Origin: the human T2T-CHM13v2.0 reference genome, Homo sapiens
Direction: 5' to 3'
DNA: 64,000 nt
Assembly: GCA_009914755.4 (NCBI GenBank)
Contig: CP086569.2
Span: forward strand, 12,832,001 to 12,896,000
The notes beneath the pieces are model-generated. The model ran no database searches and was not told where the DNA came from. It was given only the letters and a program-made list of their open reading frames with translations. Numbering within the stretch: the stretch's first letter is position 1; each line of letters starts with the position of its first letter. Made by a program: the position numbers and the translations under genes. Positions 18,734 through 32,074 of this stretch are shown piece after piece.

Positions 18734-20952
18734 CTAGAAATTGCCATTTCTATTTAATAATAAGGATAGAGACCACTAACATGTATTGAGCACTTATGCT
18801 ATGCCAGAGACTGTTAAGTGCTTTACACAAATTAGCTCATTTCATTATCATAATAACTGTATTATTATTCTCAGTACATCAGAGAAGAAACTGAGGCACA
18901 GTACAATCAATTTACCAGCCCATACAATCAATTTACAGGCCCGTGATTATGCAGCTAATGGCGTACCTGGGAGTCTTACCCCCAAAATTTGGCCCCAAAA
19001 CCAGTATGTCAGGCTGGGAATCATGACATACCAGAAATTCAACATGAATGACATTCACCCCACTCCCTAAATCTCTCTCTCCTCCCTAAAGTCCCTAAAT
19101 CATACATTCCAATCTCATCCTCTTGTTTTCCCAATCAGGAATTTGAGAACTATCCCAGGGCTGCCATCATCTTGATTCTCATATCCAGTGTGTCTATGGG
19201 TCCTTCCAAGCTGATTTCTTACATGTGTATTTCCTTTCATTTCTGTAGCCACAGAGATAGTTGAAACAACATAAATCAAAGTGAGAGCCACAGCTAATGA
19301 GAAAGAAGTCAGAACAAAAACTAACAGCAGCCAAGGAGAGATCTTAACATGAAGGGAGGGCATTCTGCCGCGGGGTGAAGATCAGAATCCAGTCATCTCG
19401 ACATCAGACATTCTAACTAATGAGTTGAGACTATGTCTTGAGATTTAACGTGACTGTGCAAGAGCTCTGTATGAGTTTCCTGTGGCTGCTAAAACAAATA
19501 CTAAAAATGCTAGGTGAAAACAATACCTATTTATTCATGTGCAGCTCTAGAAATAAGAAGTCCTAAATGGGTCTCCTGGGGCTAAAATCAAAGTGTCAGC
19601 CAGGTTGGTTCCTTCTGGAGGATGCAGAAAAGAATCAATTTCCTTGCAATTTGTACCTCCTATAGGCTGCCTGCATTCCTTGGCATGTGGTTTCCCTCTT
19701 CATCTTCAAAACCAGCAACAACAGCAGAGACCATCTCACATCTCATCATTCTAACCTCCATTTCTGCCTCCCTCTTCTATTTTTAAGAGCCCTTGCAATT
19801 ACTTGGATAACCCAGAATAATCTCCTCATTTTAGGATCAGCTGATGAGCAAACTTCATTTTCCCTCCAACTTTGATTCACTTATTGCCATATAAGGTAAC
19901 ATTTTCGTAGGTTCTGGGAAAGAGGATGTAAAAACATTTAGTTAAGGATCTTGAGATGAGATCATCCTGGAGTAAAGTCAACCCTAAATGCAATGACAGG
20001 AGTCCTTCTAAGAGACAAAAGAGGAGATGGTACACACAGAAAGGAGAAGGCCACATGGAGACAGAGGCAGAGACTGGAGTGATGCAGCCACAAGCTCAGG
20101 AATCTCTGGAGCCCCCAGGTGCTGGGAGAGGCAGGAAGGATCCTCCCTTAGAGCCTCCAGAGAGACTGTAGCCCTGCCCACACCTTGATCTCAGACTTCT
20201 GGCCTCCAGAACTGGCAGATCATAAATTGCTGTGGTTTTAAGACACTCAGTTAGTGGCGATTTGTGTGGCAGTCCAGATTGCACCCATGTTTGAAGGCTA
20301 ATTAGGAATCATTACCAAACCACACGGTTTCTGTTTAAACTAAGTATTCTTTGCCTTTTTCTTCTTTGTAAGGTACTCAGGGCAACATTTAGAGGCTGAA
20401 TTTTCTGATCCAGGCTTTCTAATGGCTTTGAGTTATTTGTTTCCTTCACTTTATTCATAAGATAGTTATATTTATATCTTTAAAGAGCATGTTCCAAAGT
20501 GTTATAATACTTCTTTAAAATACATTAGTGCTCCTTTGAATTTAGTCTGAGTTTTAGTGAATTTCTAAGCTTGTCCACTTACAAACACACACCTATATTT
20601 ATAATCAAGTAAATCTCAGTATGTTTTGATCTCATGATTACACAGGGAATCAAAGATCACTGGGTTTAAGAACTAATTTCCTCTGCTGTATTTTAAGAAT
20701 AACTTAAACCTTGCTCCATGATTCACCCCTGGTCTGTTAATTAAGGCCGCTTCTTCTAATTCATGAAAGAGACATCTTACCAAAAGGGAAAGCATTTCAT
20801 GTGGTGTCCTATAGAATTTTGAGTATTCATCATTTATAGGAAGTCTTTCTGAAATGAATAGTTTCATGCTGAAGGAGAGACCATTTGCCATTTTTATTTT
20901 GAAAAGTGAGGTGGGTCTTGGAATCTATCCACATGTAAGAAGAATGTCCTAG

Positions 20953-21470
20953 GACAGGGGTTTGCAACCCCAGGGGCCATGAACTGCTACCTGCCTGTTA
21001 AAAACCAGGTTGCACAGCAGGAGGTGAGCAGCAGGGCAGTGAGTGAGGCTTCATCTGTATTTATAGCTGCTTCCCATCCTGAGCTCCACCTCCTGTCAGA
21101 TCAGCAGCAGCATTAGATTCCTACTGGAGCAGAAACCCTATTGTGAACTGCACATACGAGGGATCTAGGCTGCAGGCTCCTTATGAGAATCCAATGCCTG
21201 ATGATTTGTCACTGTCTCTCCCATCACCCCCAGATGGGACTGTCTAGCTTCAGCAGAACAAGCACGGGGCTCCCATGGATTCTACATCGTGGTGAGTTGT
21301 AGAATTATTTCATTACATATTACAGTGGAATAATAATATACATAAAGGACACAATAAATGTAATGTGCTTGAATCATCCCAAAACCACATGTCCCACCCC
21401 CATCCTGCTCCATGGAAAAACTGTCTTCCATGAAACTGGTCCCTGGTGCAAGAAAGATTAGGGACCGCTG
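20953..21470 (-). mobile_element. Palindromic MER-type DNA transposon, copy 3 (antisense)
   Basis: Collinear with 13343-13868 (gacaggggtttgcaaccccaggggccatgaactgctacctgcctgttaaaaaccaggttgcacagcaggaggtgagcagc..). Confidence 0.6.
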
Positions 21471-21966
21471 CCCTAGGAGATTTCTAGACCATGCCACTTG
21501 AGGGCAACGTCTCCACCAGCCAGTAGTGCTGAGAACTAGCTTCAGTGACATTCTATCCTCCTTCGTCACAAGCTTCTAGGGCAGCTTCCATGTGGAATCC
21601 CCTAGAAGCCATTTGGTTTTTATTCCAAGAGGCCGCTTGTCTGAAAGAAGACAAGTCAGCAAAAATGTAAGCCAAAACAGTTTGGAGGAAGAAAAAGGGT
21701 TTTGACTCTTTAAATATAGAATTTTTAAAACTAGACTTTATTTTTAGAGCAGTCTAAGCTGCGAAATTGAGCAGAAGGCACATAAATTTTTATATATCCC
21801 TTTCCTACACACACACACACCCTCTTCCATGATCAATATCTCTCAGCAGAGTGAGACATTTGTTACAACAGATGAACTCACACGGAGACATCAAAGTCAC
21901 CCAAAGTCCGTAGTTTTCATTAGGGTTCCCTCTTTATGTGAACTCCAGAATTATGAGTATTTATCA

Positions 21967-22322
<356 letters not shown>

Positions 22323-22539
22323 CTACAAAAAAGTGAGCTAGGTCTCGGTTTCTCCTGAATTGCCCATCTAGGATTGAGGTCTTTGAAGGGATTAATTAAT
22401 AATTGCTGACATTTTCTTGCCTTTCCCTGTCGGCAATTCACTGGCCTGTGTGGTCTGGGTCAGGGAGGAAGCGGGTAACCTTCCATACCTTCCATGATCT
22501 CATCTTCTGCAGCTGGTTTTCTTTTTTCTTTTTCTTTCT

Positions 22540-22830
22540 TTTTTTTTAAGACGGAGTTTTGCTCTGTTGCCCAGGTTGGAGGGAGTGCAGTGGCGCGGTC
22601 TTGGCTCACTGCAAGCTCCGCCTCCCGGGTTCACACCATTCTCCTGCCTCTCCCGAGTAGCTGGGACTACAGGCTCCCGCGACCACGCCCGGCTAATTTT
22701 TTGTGTTTTTAGTAGAGATTGGGGTTCACTGTATTAAACAGGATGGTCTCGATCTCCTGACCTCAGGTGATCCGCCGGCCTTGGCCTCCCAAAGTGCTGG
22801 GATTACAGGCCTGAGCTACCTTGTCTGGCC
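22540..22830 (-). mobile_element. Alu SINE (antisense)
   Basis: tttttttttaagacggagttttgctctgttgcccaggttggag..gctgggattacaggcctgagctaccttgtctggcc. Confidence 0.85.
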
Positions 22831-25539
22831 TGCAGCTGGTTTTCTACCGACTGAAATTTTAGGGATCCAGAGCGGAGAAGGCTGTGTCTGTGAGTTCCAC
22901 TGTTCTTGGTGCTGCTGGTCCGGGTAAGACACAGTAGTAGATAAACAGCTTTCATTTTGCCCAGAAATCCCCATCAGCACATCTGCCCAAGCTGGGTCAG
23001 GCTCGTTCACTTCTCCACGATGTGTTTTCTCTGTAGGGTGATATGCACCATGCTAAGCAGAATTTTCTCCAGCCTAATCTGCAGAGATAACTCAACTGTG
23101 CTCAGGAGAGCTAGAGGGTTTCTCTGACGTGTTCTTTGTATTTATTTACTTATTTTCCACGCTGCTGTTCTATTTTAAAGTATGCTGTTGAGAAAATCTG
23201 GAAGCATTTTAGTACATGCAAGAGAACAGAGTATTCCTACCGACTGTGCTATGAGGATAAGAAGGAAAACAAAAATACCCCCTCATTTTCATTGAGGTGG
23301 CCAGTAGCCCGTATTTTCATTGAAGGTTTACCCTAGACAGATGAGGGCAAGTTCTCATGGAAAATTCCTAAAAGTCTGTTTCTGCTGAAATAAAGATACA
23401 ACCCCACTAGCTATTAGTCTGCCCCTGGGATTTCTGAGCTATGCAAGCCCATGAGTTTGAAGTAGAGATTTCCTGTGTCGATTTTTTTTTCCCTCCAGTC
23501 ATCCAAGGGTATTCACTAGGTCAGCCTTTCTCTTGATTATAGAGCTTGCGAAGCAGTAGGGTTTGCACTCATGTGACTCAGAAAGTTACTTTTACAATCT
23601 CTGTTAAGAAAATTACATAGTGATCTACAGAGTCCTTTAGAATATTAGAGTTTCACATTGAAATCAGAAACTCCAGGAACTGCAGTTCATACATGAAACA
23701 GCCAGTGTACTTCCAGAGACCTTGCCTTGGGGTAAAAGATGGATATGAAGATGAAAGACAGCAATAAAGTTGAAAAAAATGACTGTAGGTTCGCTGGATC
23801 CTATGTATAAATATTCACTGCAGACGTGGTGCATGTAGTATGTTCACTTCTCTCTGTACAACATTGCATTCTGTCCTTATGACACCTCCAAGAAGTAAAA
23901 TTACCCTTATTGTACCCTTGAGAAATCTGGTTTTAGGAAGGGAGAATAGTGTGTTCTAGGCCCTCTGGTCAAGAAATGGCGAGTAGTAGGAGGAGGTGGT
24001 TTGAGTTCTACTGTCAGACTCGATCACCTATGGCTCTGCTGTTGGTCAAAGGCTTGCAAGAAAAGTGGATTTTAAAGATCTTATGACTGAGGCAGAGGGA
24101 TGATGGCTCCCCAGTGGTAAGGGCCTCCTGGGTCTCCTGGGCTGCAAGTTTCCCTATCTCCACATTTCTAAAGCAAAAGGGGTCTCGATGGAGGATCAGG
24201 GTTGGGTGATGGGAAGTGAGCTAGCAAACCTGTCTGGATTTCCTTCTGAATGCATGAGTCTAGGGGGTTGAATTTAAAGGGCTGGCACTTCTCAATCATG
24301 TCTTTTCCATGCATCACTTTTTAAAACTGGGATGCCATCAGCCTGCTTCAGGAGCATCTCAGCAAACAGGATTTGTTACACAAGGAAATGGTACCATTAG
24401 GCTTGTAAAAAAAAAGCTCTATTTTTTTATATTCACTGATGTCTTTTGTAGATCAAAGACAAAACAGGCAAATGTTGATAATAAGGACATGTTGTCAAAA
24501 TGCTGGTTCAGGGAGAGAAATGCTGCTAACCAGAGGAACAGTAAAAAGCAGTGGCTAGTAAGTCACTGGTTCATCTGCAACAAGCCACAATCCATCAGGT
24601 TCCATGGCATTTAGCAATTAGGAGGGCTCCAATCTTTTGTTAATCACTGAGCTCAGTATCATTCTTTTGCTTGAAGTACATTCTGTAGCTACAAGGACTG
24701 ACCTGCCCTTCATTTGATCATCCTTCCTCACCCTCCACATGGTGGAATTATTAGCAAACAGATGAATTTAATTTAACTGACATGTACTGCAAACCTCCTG
24801 TATTTAAGGAACTCTCTTGGCACTTCAAGGGATTCAACAATTAATCAAACATGGTCCCTGCTCTAGGAACACATCACCAAGCAAGCAGGTAACATTAGCA
24901 GGACAAATGTCAAAATAAAAAAGACTACATACAGCAAACTATGCATTTTACTTAACAAAAAGGATGGAATGACGAGATTCCATAATACTTTCTTTGTGGA
25001 TATATTGTACAAGTTACATCCTGGGACTTTTCTACTCTAGGCATTTCCTTTTTATTAGTATGTGTGTAATTAAAAAATAATTTATTGAGGTTAAATTCAC
25101 ATCATAAAGTAAACCATGTTAAAGTAATAATGTAATGGCATTTCATACATCTCAGTGTTGTGCAGCCATCACCTGCGCATAGTTCCAGATTTTTGTTGCC
25201 CCAAGCTATAATTCTGCATCCATCCAGAGGTTTCTTTCCACTGCTCACTCACCGTCATCCAATGCATGAAATTTTCAAAGCAGAATTGAATTAGTTTACC
25301 TGATATTTTATTTACTTCAGACTTGTAGGGCATTAAAACCATTATATTTGAGTTACCTATCTAATTTCCGTAAACCTCTGTCTTTCACTGCACTTCGATA
25401 AACCAATTTTGGGGTGCAGATTGTCCAGGTAGCACAAGTATTTAGAGGTATGAATATATATTATCTATTAAGTGAACCAATAATATTCCCTCTGAATAAG
25501 CTAGTATAAATAGATTTCCCCACTGCAGGGAAATCCTGA

Positions 25540-25865
25540 CTTTTTTTTTTTTTTTTTTTTTTTTGAGGCAGGGTCTTGCTCTGTCACCCTGTCTGGAGTG
25601 CGCTGGTGCAATCTTGGCTCACTGTCTCAAGTGATTCTCACATTTCAACCCCCAGTATGTAACTGGAACTACAGGCATATGCCACTATGCCTGGCTAGTT
25701 TTTTTGTTTGTTTGTTTGTTTGTTTGTTTGGTGCGTGTGTGTGTGTAGAGATAGGGTTTTCCCATGTTGCCTAGGCTAGTCTCAAACTCCTGGACTTAAG
25801 CAGTCTTCCCACCTCAGCCTCTCAAAGTGCTGGGATTACAGGCATGAGCCACTGCACCTGGCCAA
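25540..25865 (-). mobile_element. Alu SINE (antisense) with internal (GTTT)n/(GT)n expansion
   Basis: T-run, gaggcagggtcttgctctgtcaccc..gctgggattacaggcatgagccactgcacctggcc, with gtttgtttgtttgtttgtttgtttggtgcgtgtgtgtgtgt in the linker. Confidence 0.8.
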
Positions 25866-27029
25866 ATCTAGACATTTCTTAATAGAATTCAACCTTAGTC
25901 ATGTATTCTTTCATTCATTCATTCACCTATTCATTTATTCAATTGAACACTTGGTGTATGCCAAGCTCTGTGCTATACTCCAGGTGTCAAGAAGCTATGA
26001 CAGCATAAAAAGAAGGTGAGCGATTGTCCACAATGCAGGAAAAAGCCCACATTAGCAATGGGCACAGAGGCAAGGTAATGCTGTACAATGGAGATTGAGG
26101 AGAAGTTTGTCAAAACAGTGGCATAAACCAACAACAACAATAAAAATCAGGGACGTGCTACCTGTTCTTGACAAGCCAGACATATCGGTAAAAGGTAGAG
26201 CCCAGTGACAGGCTGGGAAGCACAAGGCGTGTCACCGGCCACCCATAGAAAACTTCAGCCTTGGGTTTGAGGATGATAGCACCCCTCTAAATCTCAGTTA
26301 TCAGCTGGAAGGGACAAATTAAGGCATTGATGGAGGAAGAAGTTGTCAAAATCTAAGACATACCCATGCAACTGTAGAGTGAGAGGCAGAGAGAAGAGCA
26401 CATTGGGCCCAGAGATTGTTAGGCATCAGGAACTAAACTTGGCAACCAGGTGACTATGAGGAAGGTGTGAAGGATAGGCAGAAGGCAAGGATGACTTGAG
26501 TTTCTACTTTACTGACTAGATGGGTGGCAACATCATTAACAAGGATAAAGAGATGTTCAAGAGACAGCTGTTTTTTGTTTTGTTTTGTAATTTAATCAAT
26601 GGGTTTGGGGCATGCCCAAGAAAAGGCCTAAGGGCATTATTTGACTAATCCCTGCAACTATGTCAACACATGCTGAAAACTAAAGCTAGAGAAGGAATGA
26701 ATTCCCATTTATGAACCAGTGTTTCCTGACTATCAACTCTGTGGAAGCCACCCTAGGTGTGGGCGGCAGGTGGTGAGGAATTCCTAGACATTGTGTTTCT
26801 TAGGAGGAACTAAGACAGTCCATGCTCCATGCAGGGGAAGCAACTTATTTCTTAGGCTTATTCCTTCCTTCTTCCTGACAGCCCCTGAGAGAGTGCTGGA
26901 TGTAGGGCAGGGCATCAAATCTAAAGAGCAGGCACTTCTCAATTATACTTTTTCCATGCATTGCCTTTTAAAAACTGCATGCCTGCTGGGTGTGGTGGCT
27001 CATGCCTGTAATCCTAGTGTTACATGAGT

Positions 27030-27575
27030 CCGTGTGAAGAGACCACCAAACAGGCTTTGTGTGAGCAATAAAGCTCTTTAATCACCTGGGTTCAGGTGGG
27101 CTGAATCTGAAAAAGGAGTCAGCACAGGGACATAGGGGTGGGACAGTTTTATAGGATTTGGGAAAGTAGTGGAAAATTACAGTTAAAGGGGGTTGTTCTC
27201 TTGCAGGCAGGGGCAGGGGTCACAAGGTACTCGATGGGGAGATAATGAGACTCATTTTCCAGAAAAAGGAATGCCACAAGGTTAACTGATCAGTCAGGGT
27301 GGGGCAGGAACAAATCACAATGGTGGAATGTCCTCAGTTAAGGCAGGAACTGGCCATTTTCACTTCTCTCTCTTTTTTTTTTTTTTTTTTTTTTTTTTTG
27401 AGTTGGAGTTTTGCTCTTGTTATCCAGGCTGGAGTGCAATGGCACCGGCTCACCATAACCTCTGCCTCTGGGGTTCTTTTGTGGTTTCTTAGTTGCTTCA
27501 GGCCATCTGGATTTATATGTGCAGGTCAAAGGGGATATGATGGCTTAGCTTGTGCTCAGAGGCCTGACACCCAGC
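27030..27575 (-). mobile_element. LTR7-like (HERV-H) solo LTR, antisense, split by an Alu fragment (27373-27478)
   Basis: Reverse complement of LTR7 landmarks: catgagtccgtgtgaagagaccaccaaacaggctttgtgtgagcaataaagc (LTR7 3' end), gatcagtcagggtggggcaggaacaaatcacaatggtggaatgtc, and ..tgcaggtcaaaggggatatgatggcttagcttgtgctcagaggcctgaca (LTR7 5' end). Confidence 0.6.
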
Positions 27576-27837
27576 ACTTTGGGAGGCTGAGGGGGGTAGA
27601 TCCTTGAGGCTAAGAGTTCGAGTCCAGCCTGAATAACATAGTGAGACCCTGTTTGTACAAAAATAATAACAATAATAATAATACAAAAATTAGCCCAGCA
27701 TGGTGGCAAATGCCTGTAGTCGTAGCTACATGGGGGACTGAGGTGGGAGAATCGCTTCTGCCTTGGAGGCGGAGGTTACAGTGAGCCAAGATCACACCAC
27801 CGGCACTCCAGCCTAGGCAACAGAGGGAAGCTCCATC

Positions 27838-27877
<40 letters not shown>

Positions 27878-27886
27878 AAATAAAAG
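27571..27886 (+). mobile_element. 5'-truncated Alu SINE followed by (AAAT)n microsatellite (27838-27886)
   Basis: cccagcactttgggaggctgagg..ccaagatcacaccaccggcactccagcctaggcaacagagggaagctccatc then aaataaataaataaat x~11. Confidence 0.8.
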
Positions 27887-29059
27887 CCGCTCACCTGCTT
27901 CAGGGGCATCTCAGGGGCATCTCAGCAGACAAGATTGGTTGTACAAGTACACGATACCATTGGGCTTGTAAAAAAATTTTTTTCTTTTTATACTCACAGA
28001 TGTCTTTTGTAGATCAAAGAACACAACAGGCAAACACTGTCCCTAAGGATATGTTATCAAAATGCTGGGTCAGGAAGAGGATTGCGACTAACCAGAGGAA
28101 GAGCCAAAAGCAGTCGCTGGTGCACCCTGCAAGAAGCTGGTGCCGTGGTGCCTTTCCGGGCCCTGCACACTGGTCTGAGCACCATGTTTTTACCCCAGGT
28201 GGGCTCTGCTGACCGAAGATCCTGTCCTGACCTCTCCCCACCATTCCAGGTCTGACTTATCCAAGAAGCCAGGCAGCCACCTCCTCCTCGTCCTCTGCCT
28301 CCTGGAATAGGGAACTACCCTCTGTACCCTCTACTTTTTGCCTTGTCTCCAGGTCACTGCCACCCTACCCCCACACCCTCCCCAGATAATACCATTAGAC
28401 CATTAGACTCTCCCAACTTCCCAGCCCTCGCCCTTCCCCTCGAAGGCTCTCCACGCCGGAGGGCAGCCGTTCCATCTTTCCGGCAGGAAGACTGGCAGGG
28501 GGAGGGAGGCGTGCGCCCGGGAGTCCTGGAGAAGCGGGAGGGCGTGGCGGCGGCTCTCACGTTGCAGCCCTGCAGGCAGCTCCCGGGATGCTTGCGAGGC
28601 CAGTCCGCTCCTGCCTGCACAAGGGCTAGGAAGAGCTGCCAGAGGAAACGCTGTCTGACCCGGAGAAGCGCAAACTCTGCTCCTTCTCTGTCCCCTGAAA
28701 GGAACGGAAACGTTGCCAGCGCTGCTTAGGCGTTCTCCAAGCGCGGACTCTGTTGCGGCTCCCACCGCGCTCCCTGCATCTCGCCCTTTCCTCCTGGGTC
28801 CCGGGACTTCTCTCTGACATAGAGCCCTCCTTCCCAGAGCCGCCTGCGGTTCTTGCAGCTGGAGTGGGTGAGGCATACGCACCCGGGCCTAGGCGTAATG
28901 AAGACGCGAGAGGAAGGCTGAGCGCAGAGCGGCGCGGCCAGGGTCCCTTGGCTTGGGACTGCGCCCCGTCTCCCCGGGGTGGGGCAGGGTAGGGGTGTGC
29001 AGAGGCGTGGACTTGGGGAAGCCTAGCAGCGCCTGAATAAAAGGGCGCCGGCGCGCTGT

Positions 29060-29212
29060 GCCGCGCTGAGCCGCGCTGAAAAGCCGAGCTGCCTCGCTCC
29101 CGGCCCGGGAAAGGGCATGGCCCCGGCAGACTCCTGGCCTTGACTTGAGCACCACGGCACGGTGGATGATCCGCGCTCTGCGCTCCCGTGTGCGGCGGCT
29201 TCCCAAGGATAG
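29060..29212 (+). pseudogene. MXRA5Y: Putative non-coding exon 1 (5'UTR) of the MXRA5-like gene; boundaries inferred
   Basis: ~25 nt downstream of the ataaaa motif. It ends at a strong donor, ccaaggatag|gtgaggac (AG|GTGAGG), within the CpG island. The start-codon exon at 32075 has a matching acceptor. The transcription start site is not determinable from sequence. Confidence 0.3.
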
Positions 29213-29786
29213 GTGAGGACCCAGGGTGGCCAGGGTGCCCGTGGGCTGCTGTGTCTGCTTGCAGGGAGTGACGGGATTTGAGAGACACCCAAGGGAAAAA
29301 CAGGGTAAAGGGCCCGCATGCAGGCAGATTGCACTGTTCCCCAGCACTGTTTGAAGTTGCTAAGAAATCAGGAAACCTGAATTCCTCCAATTTTAAGTAG
29401 CTGAGGATCAGTTAGGGAGGACAGCCGGATCTTGAAGGAGGATGCATGCAGGTCTAATTAAGCCCAGACAACCCATGCCTCCTTTCCTCCCGCTTCCCAA
29501 CTCGCCCCTCATCCCTCTGTCTCTCTCTCTGGAGACCTACAACCCCGCCATCCGGCGTTTCTAGGAAGCTGCGGACGGAATTCTTGAATGAAGCCCACTG
29601 TGCTCTTGCAATCGGTGGGGGAAAGGACGCTTGAGGGGTCTCTTTTCAGGTTGCTCAGGCTGCGACTACTTCATGTCTCCTATTCCTCCTCTCTTCCCCA
29701 GCTCCTTCCCTGCCTCTTTCCTCCTACTATTACCCAGGCTTTTCCTGGAAAGGGGACAACCCAACGCCTAGAGTGATCTGAGCCAT

Positions 29787-29788
29787 GG

Positions 29789-29826
<38 letters not shown>
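29787..29826. repeat. Pure poly(A) tract (~38 nt) inside the CpG island, not attached to an Alu
   Basis: ccatgg-a(38)-gggacag; the flanks are GC-rich unique sequence. Confidence 0.9.
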
Positions 29827-29830
<4 letters not shown>

Positions 29831-30599
29831 ACAGTCATCCCCGCAGAGAGAAGGGGTTTGATGTCCGAGTCCCGAGCGGCGACGACTCGCGGGGCCACCC
29901 CATCCGCCTTCCAGGAAAGCGCGTAGTTCACCCCGCAGCCAGCTCGACGCAACCCAACGTACTCTGGAAGCCGGCCAGGGGCGCAGGGCCTCCAGCGCGG
30001 CCACTCTAGGTTGTCCGCCCAGGGCCAAGAAGAAAGCAGACTGCCTCACCACCCCTGCTTCCCTGCAGGGTTCGCAGACCGTATCCGGCGGCCTAGCTGG
30101 CGCAGGGCCGCTTTCTCTGCGGCAGAGACTTGACCCCGCGTCCCGGGGATTAGGGTTGGCTGGGGGCGAGTTTCCTGGATCCCCCGGGAGGTTGGTGCCG
30201 GGGTGGGAGGGTGGACAGGGAGCGGGGGCTGAGGAGTCCTCTGGAACGCCTGGGCCAAGTCCGCCCGCAGGCACAGGACGCTGGGGACTGGCGCCCTCGG
30301 CTGCCCTTGGGACCAACCCAGCACCAAGGTCGGGCGCGCTGGCAGGGGCGGGGACAACCTGGGCTCTGACGAGAGAGAAAAGTCCGAGGACTTGCAGAGC
30401 TGCGGGAGTCAGTTTGTTCCAGCCCTCAGAGGCGAAGCCAGACTTGCTTTTTTGCAAAGCTACCAGTGCACCATCAGTCCTTGATGGGCAACTGAAGGGA
30501 GACGAGCCCCCGGGCTTAAGAGAATAACCTTTCCTAGGTCACTCAAAGGCAGGGAAAGCTACAGGTCTGGATGCTCCTCTCTTATAGAAAGGGTTTTAG

Positions 30600-30926
<327 letters not shown>

Positions 30927-31431
30927 TAGTTAGCAGTTCGTGGTCGTTCAGAACCCGGGCGAATGGGCAGGCTGTCGTTTGTTGTGCATCCCTATTTACT
31001 TTCCATGTGTGCCACTGTTTTTAAGTGAACGCCATTCAAGAGATGACAAAAATGTTAGATGACATAGACATTGCCAGGGCACGAAGAAGATCACTTCTAA
31101 ATGAAGTAGCTGATGCAATCTAGGTTTTCCATTTTTTTAGTGACTCCATTTTTTTTTCTGTTTGCCTGAATGTATTTCATTAGCAATCCCTTCCTGTTTA
31201 TTGAATGATCAGAGGTTCCCCCAGACTTCCTCCCCGATTAACAGCAACTCTGTATCATCCAGAAAACTCTCTAGCTTTTCCAAGACAAAAAAATAAGGAT
31301 AGTAAATACACCCAGAAATAACAGGATGAATCTCCTTCTAGTGAATACCTCTTTAAGCTCTTCAAGAAGCTAGAATTAAAGGTTTGAGAAATATCATTAA
31401 AGGAAAGAATCAAAATAAATAGTTTTCTTGG

Positions 31432-31570
31432 GAAGTAATTTTGTATTTTTTAGTAGAGACGGGATTTCTCCGTGTTGGTTAGACTGGTCTCTACCTACAG
31501 ACATCAGGTGATCCGCCCGCCTCGGCTTCCCGAAATGCTGGGATGACAGGCGTGAGCCACCGCGCCCAGC
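31432..31570 (-). mobile_element. Partial Alu (right-arm-equivalent, antisense); part of a ~210-bp unit duplicated from 30780-30990
   Basis: ttgtattttttagtagagacgggatttctccgtgttggttagactggtctc..gctgggatgacaggcgtgagccaccgcgcccagcc. The following 80 bp (tgggttttagagtttttaatcagcagttcgccctccttcagaacctgggcgaatggacaggcgtgtgtttgttgtg) repeats 30905-30990. Confidence 0.7.
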
Positions 31571-32074
31571 CTGGGTTTTAGAGTTTTTAATCAGCAGTTC
31601 GCCCTCCTTCAGAACCTGGGCGAATGGACAGGCGTGTGTTTGTTGTGTATATAAATATATAATGGCTTAGTTGTTGTTGGATGCAGAAACACAACATTTT
31701 ATTATTTCTTTTATTATGGAAACATAAATACAAACCTCTCTTTTTCTTGTTCTCTCTCTGTCTTTCTGTTTCCCCCACTACCCCCCGCCAATTTCATACC
31801 CACAATTACAGAATGCAAGACAGATTTCCAAATCATAGTATCCAAGCCAAGAATCAAGACTATATTCTATAGTCATGATTAAAGTGAATGGTGAAAAGTT
31901 TAGAAAAAAACCATGTTTCATCTTTCTCAATTCCCATGGTTTAAGCGTCACTACAACACATCGTGTGAAGTCCTGGGAAGCTTGAAACCCTGATGCACAA
32001 TTCAAATTTAAAAATTGCCCACAGTTCGTCGGTGCTACCTGTGAATAAGCGCATCTCTTCGTTGTTCTACCTCA

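Larger units (their letters stand above)
28300..30500. promoter_or_regulatory. CpG island (~2.2 kb); presumptive promoter of the MXRA5-like locus, with putative 5'UTR exon inside
   Basis: Sharp rise in GC and CpG density (gccgcgctgagccgcgctg, ccgagcggcgacgactcgcgggg ...), 2-3 kb upstream of the start-codon exon. A TATA-like aataaaagggcg lies at ~29036. The many overlapping Pro/Arg/Gly-rich ORFs on both strands are typical GC-rich noise. Confidence 0.75.

Noticed and set aside
28343-30527. Many overlapping 80-254-aa ORFs on both strands (Pro/Arg/Gly/Ala-rich) within 28.3-30.5 kb
   Set aside because: Typical stop-codon-poor GC-rich CpG-island sequence; mutually overlapping, with no domain signatures. 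Interpreted as promoter or 5'UTR, not CDS.
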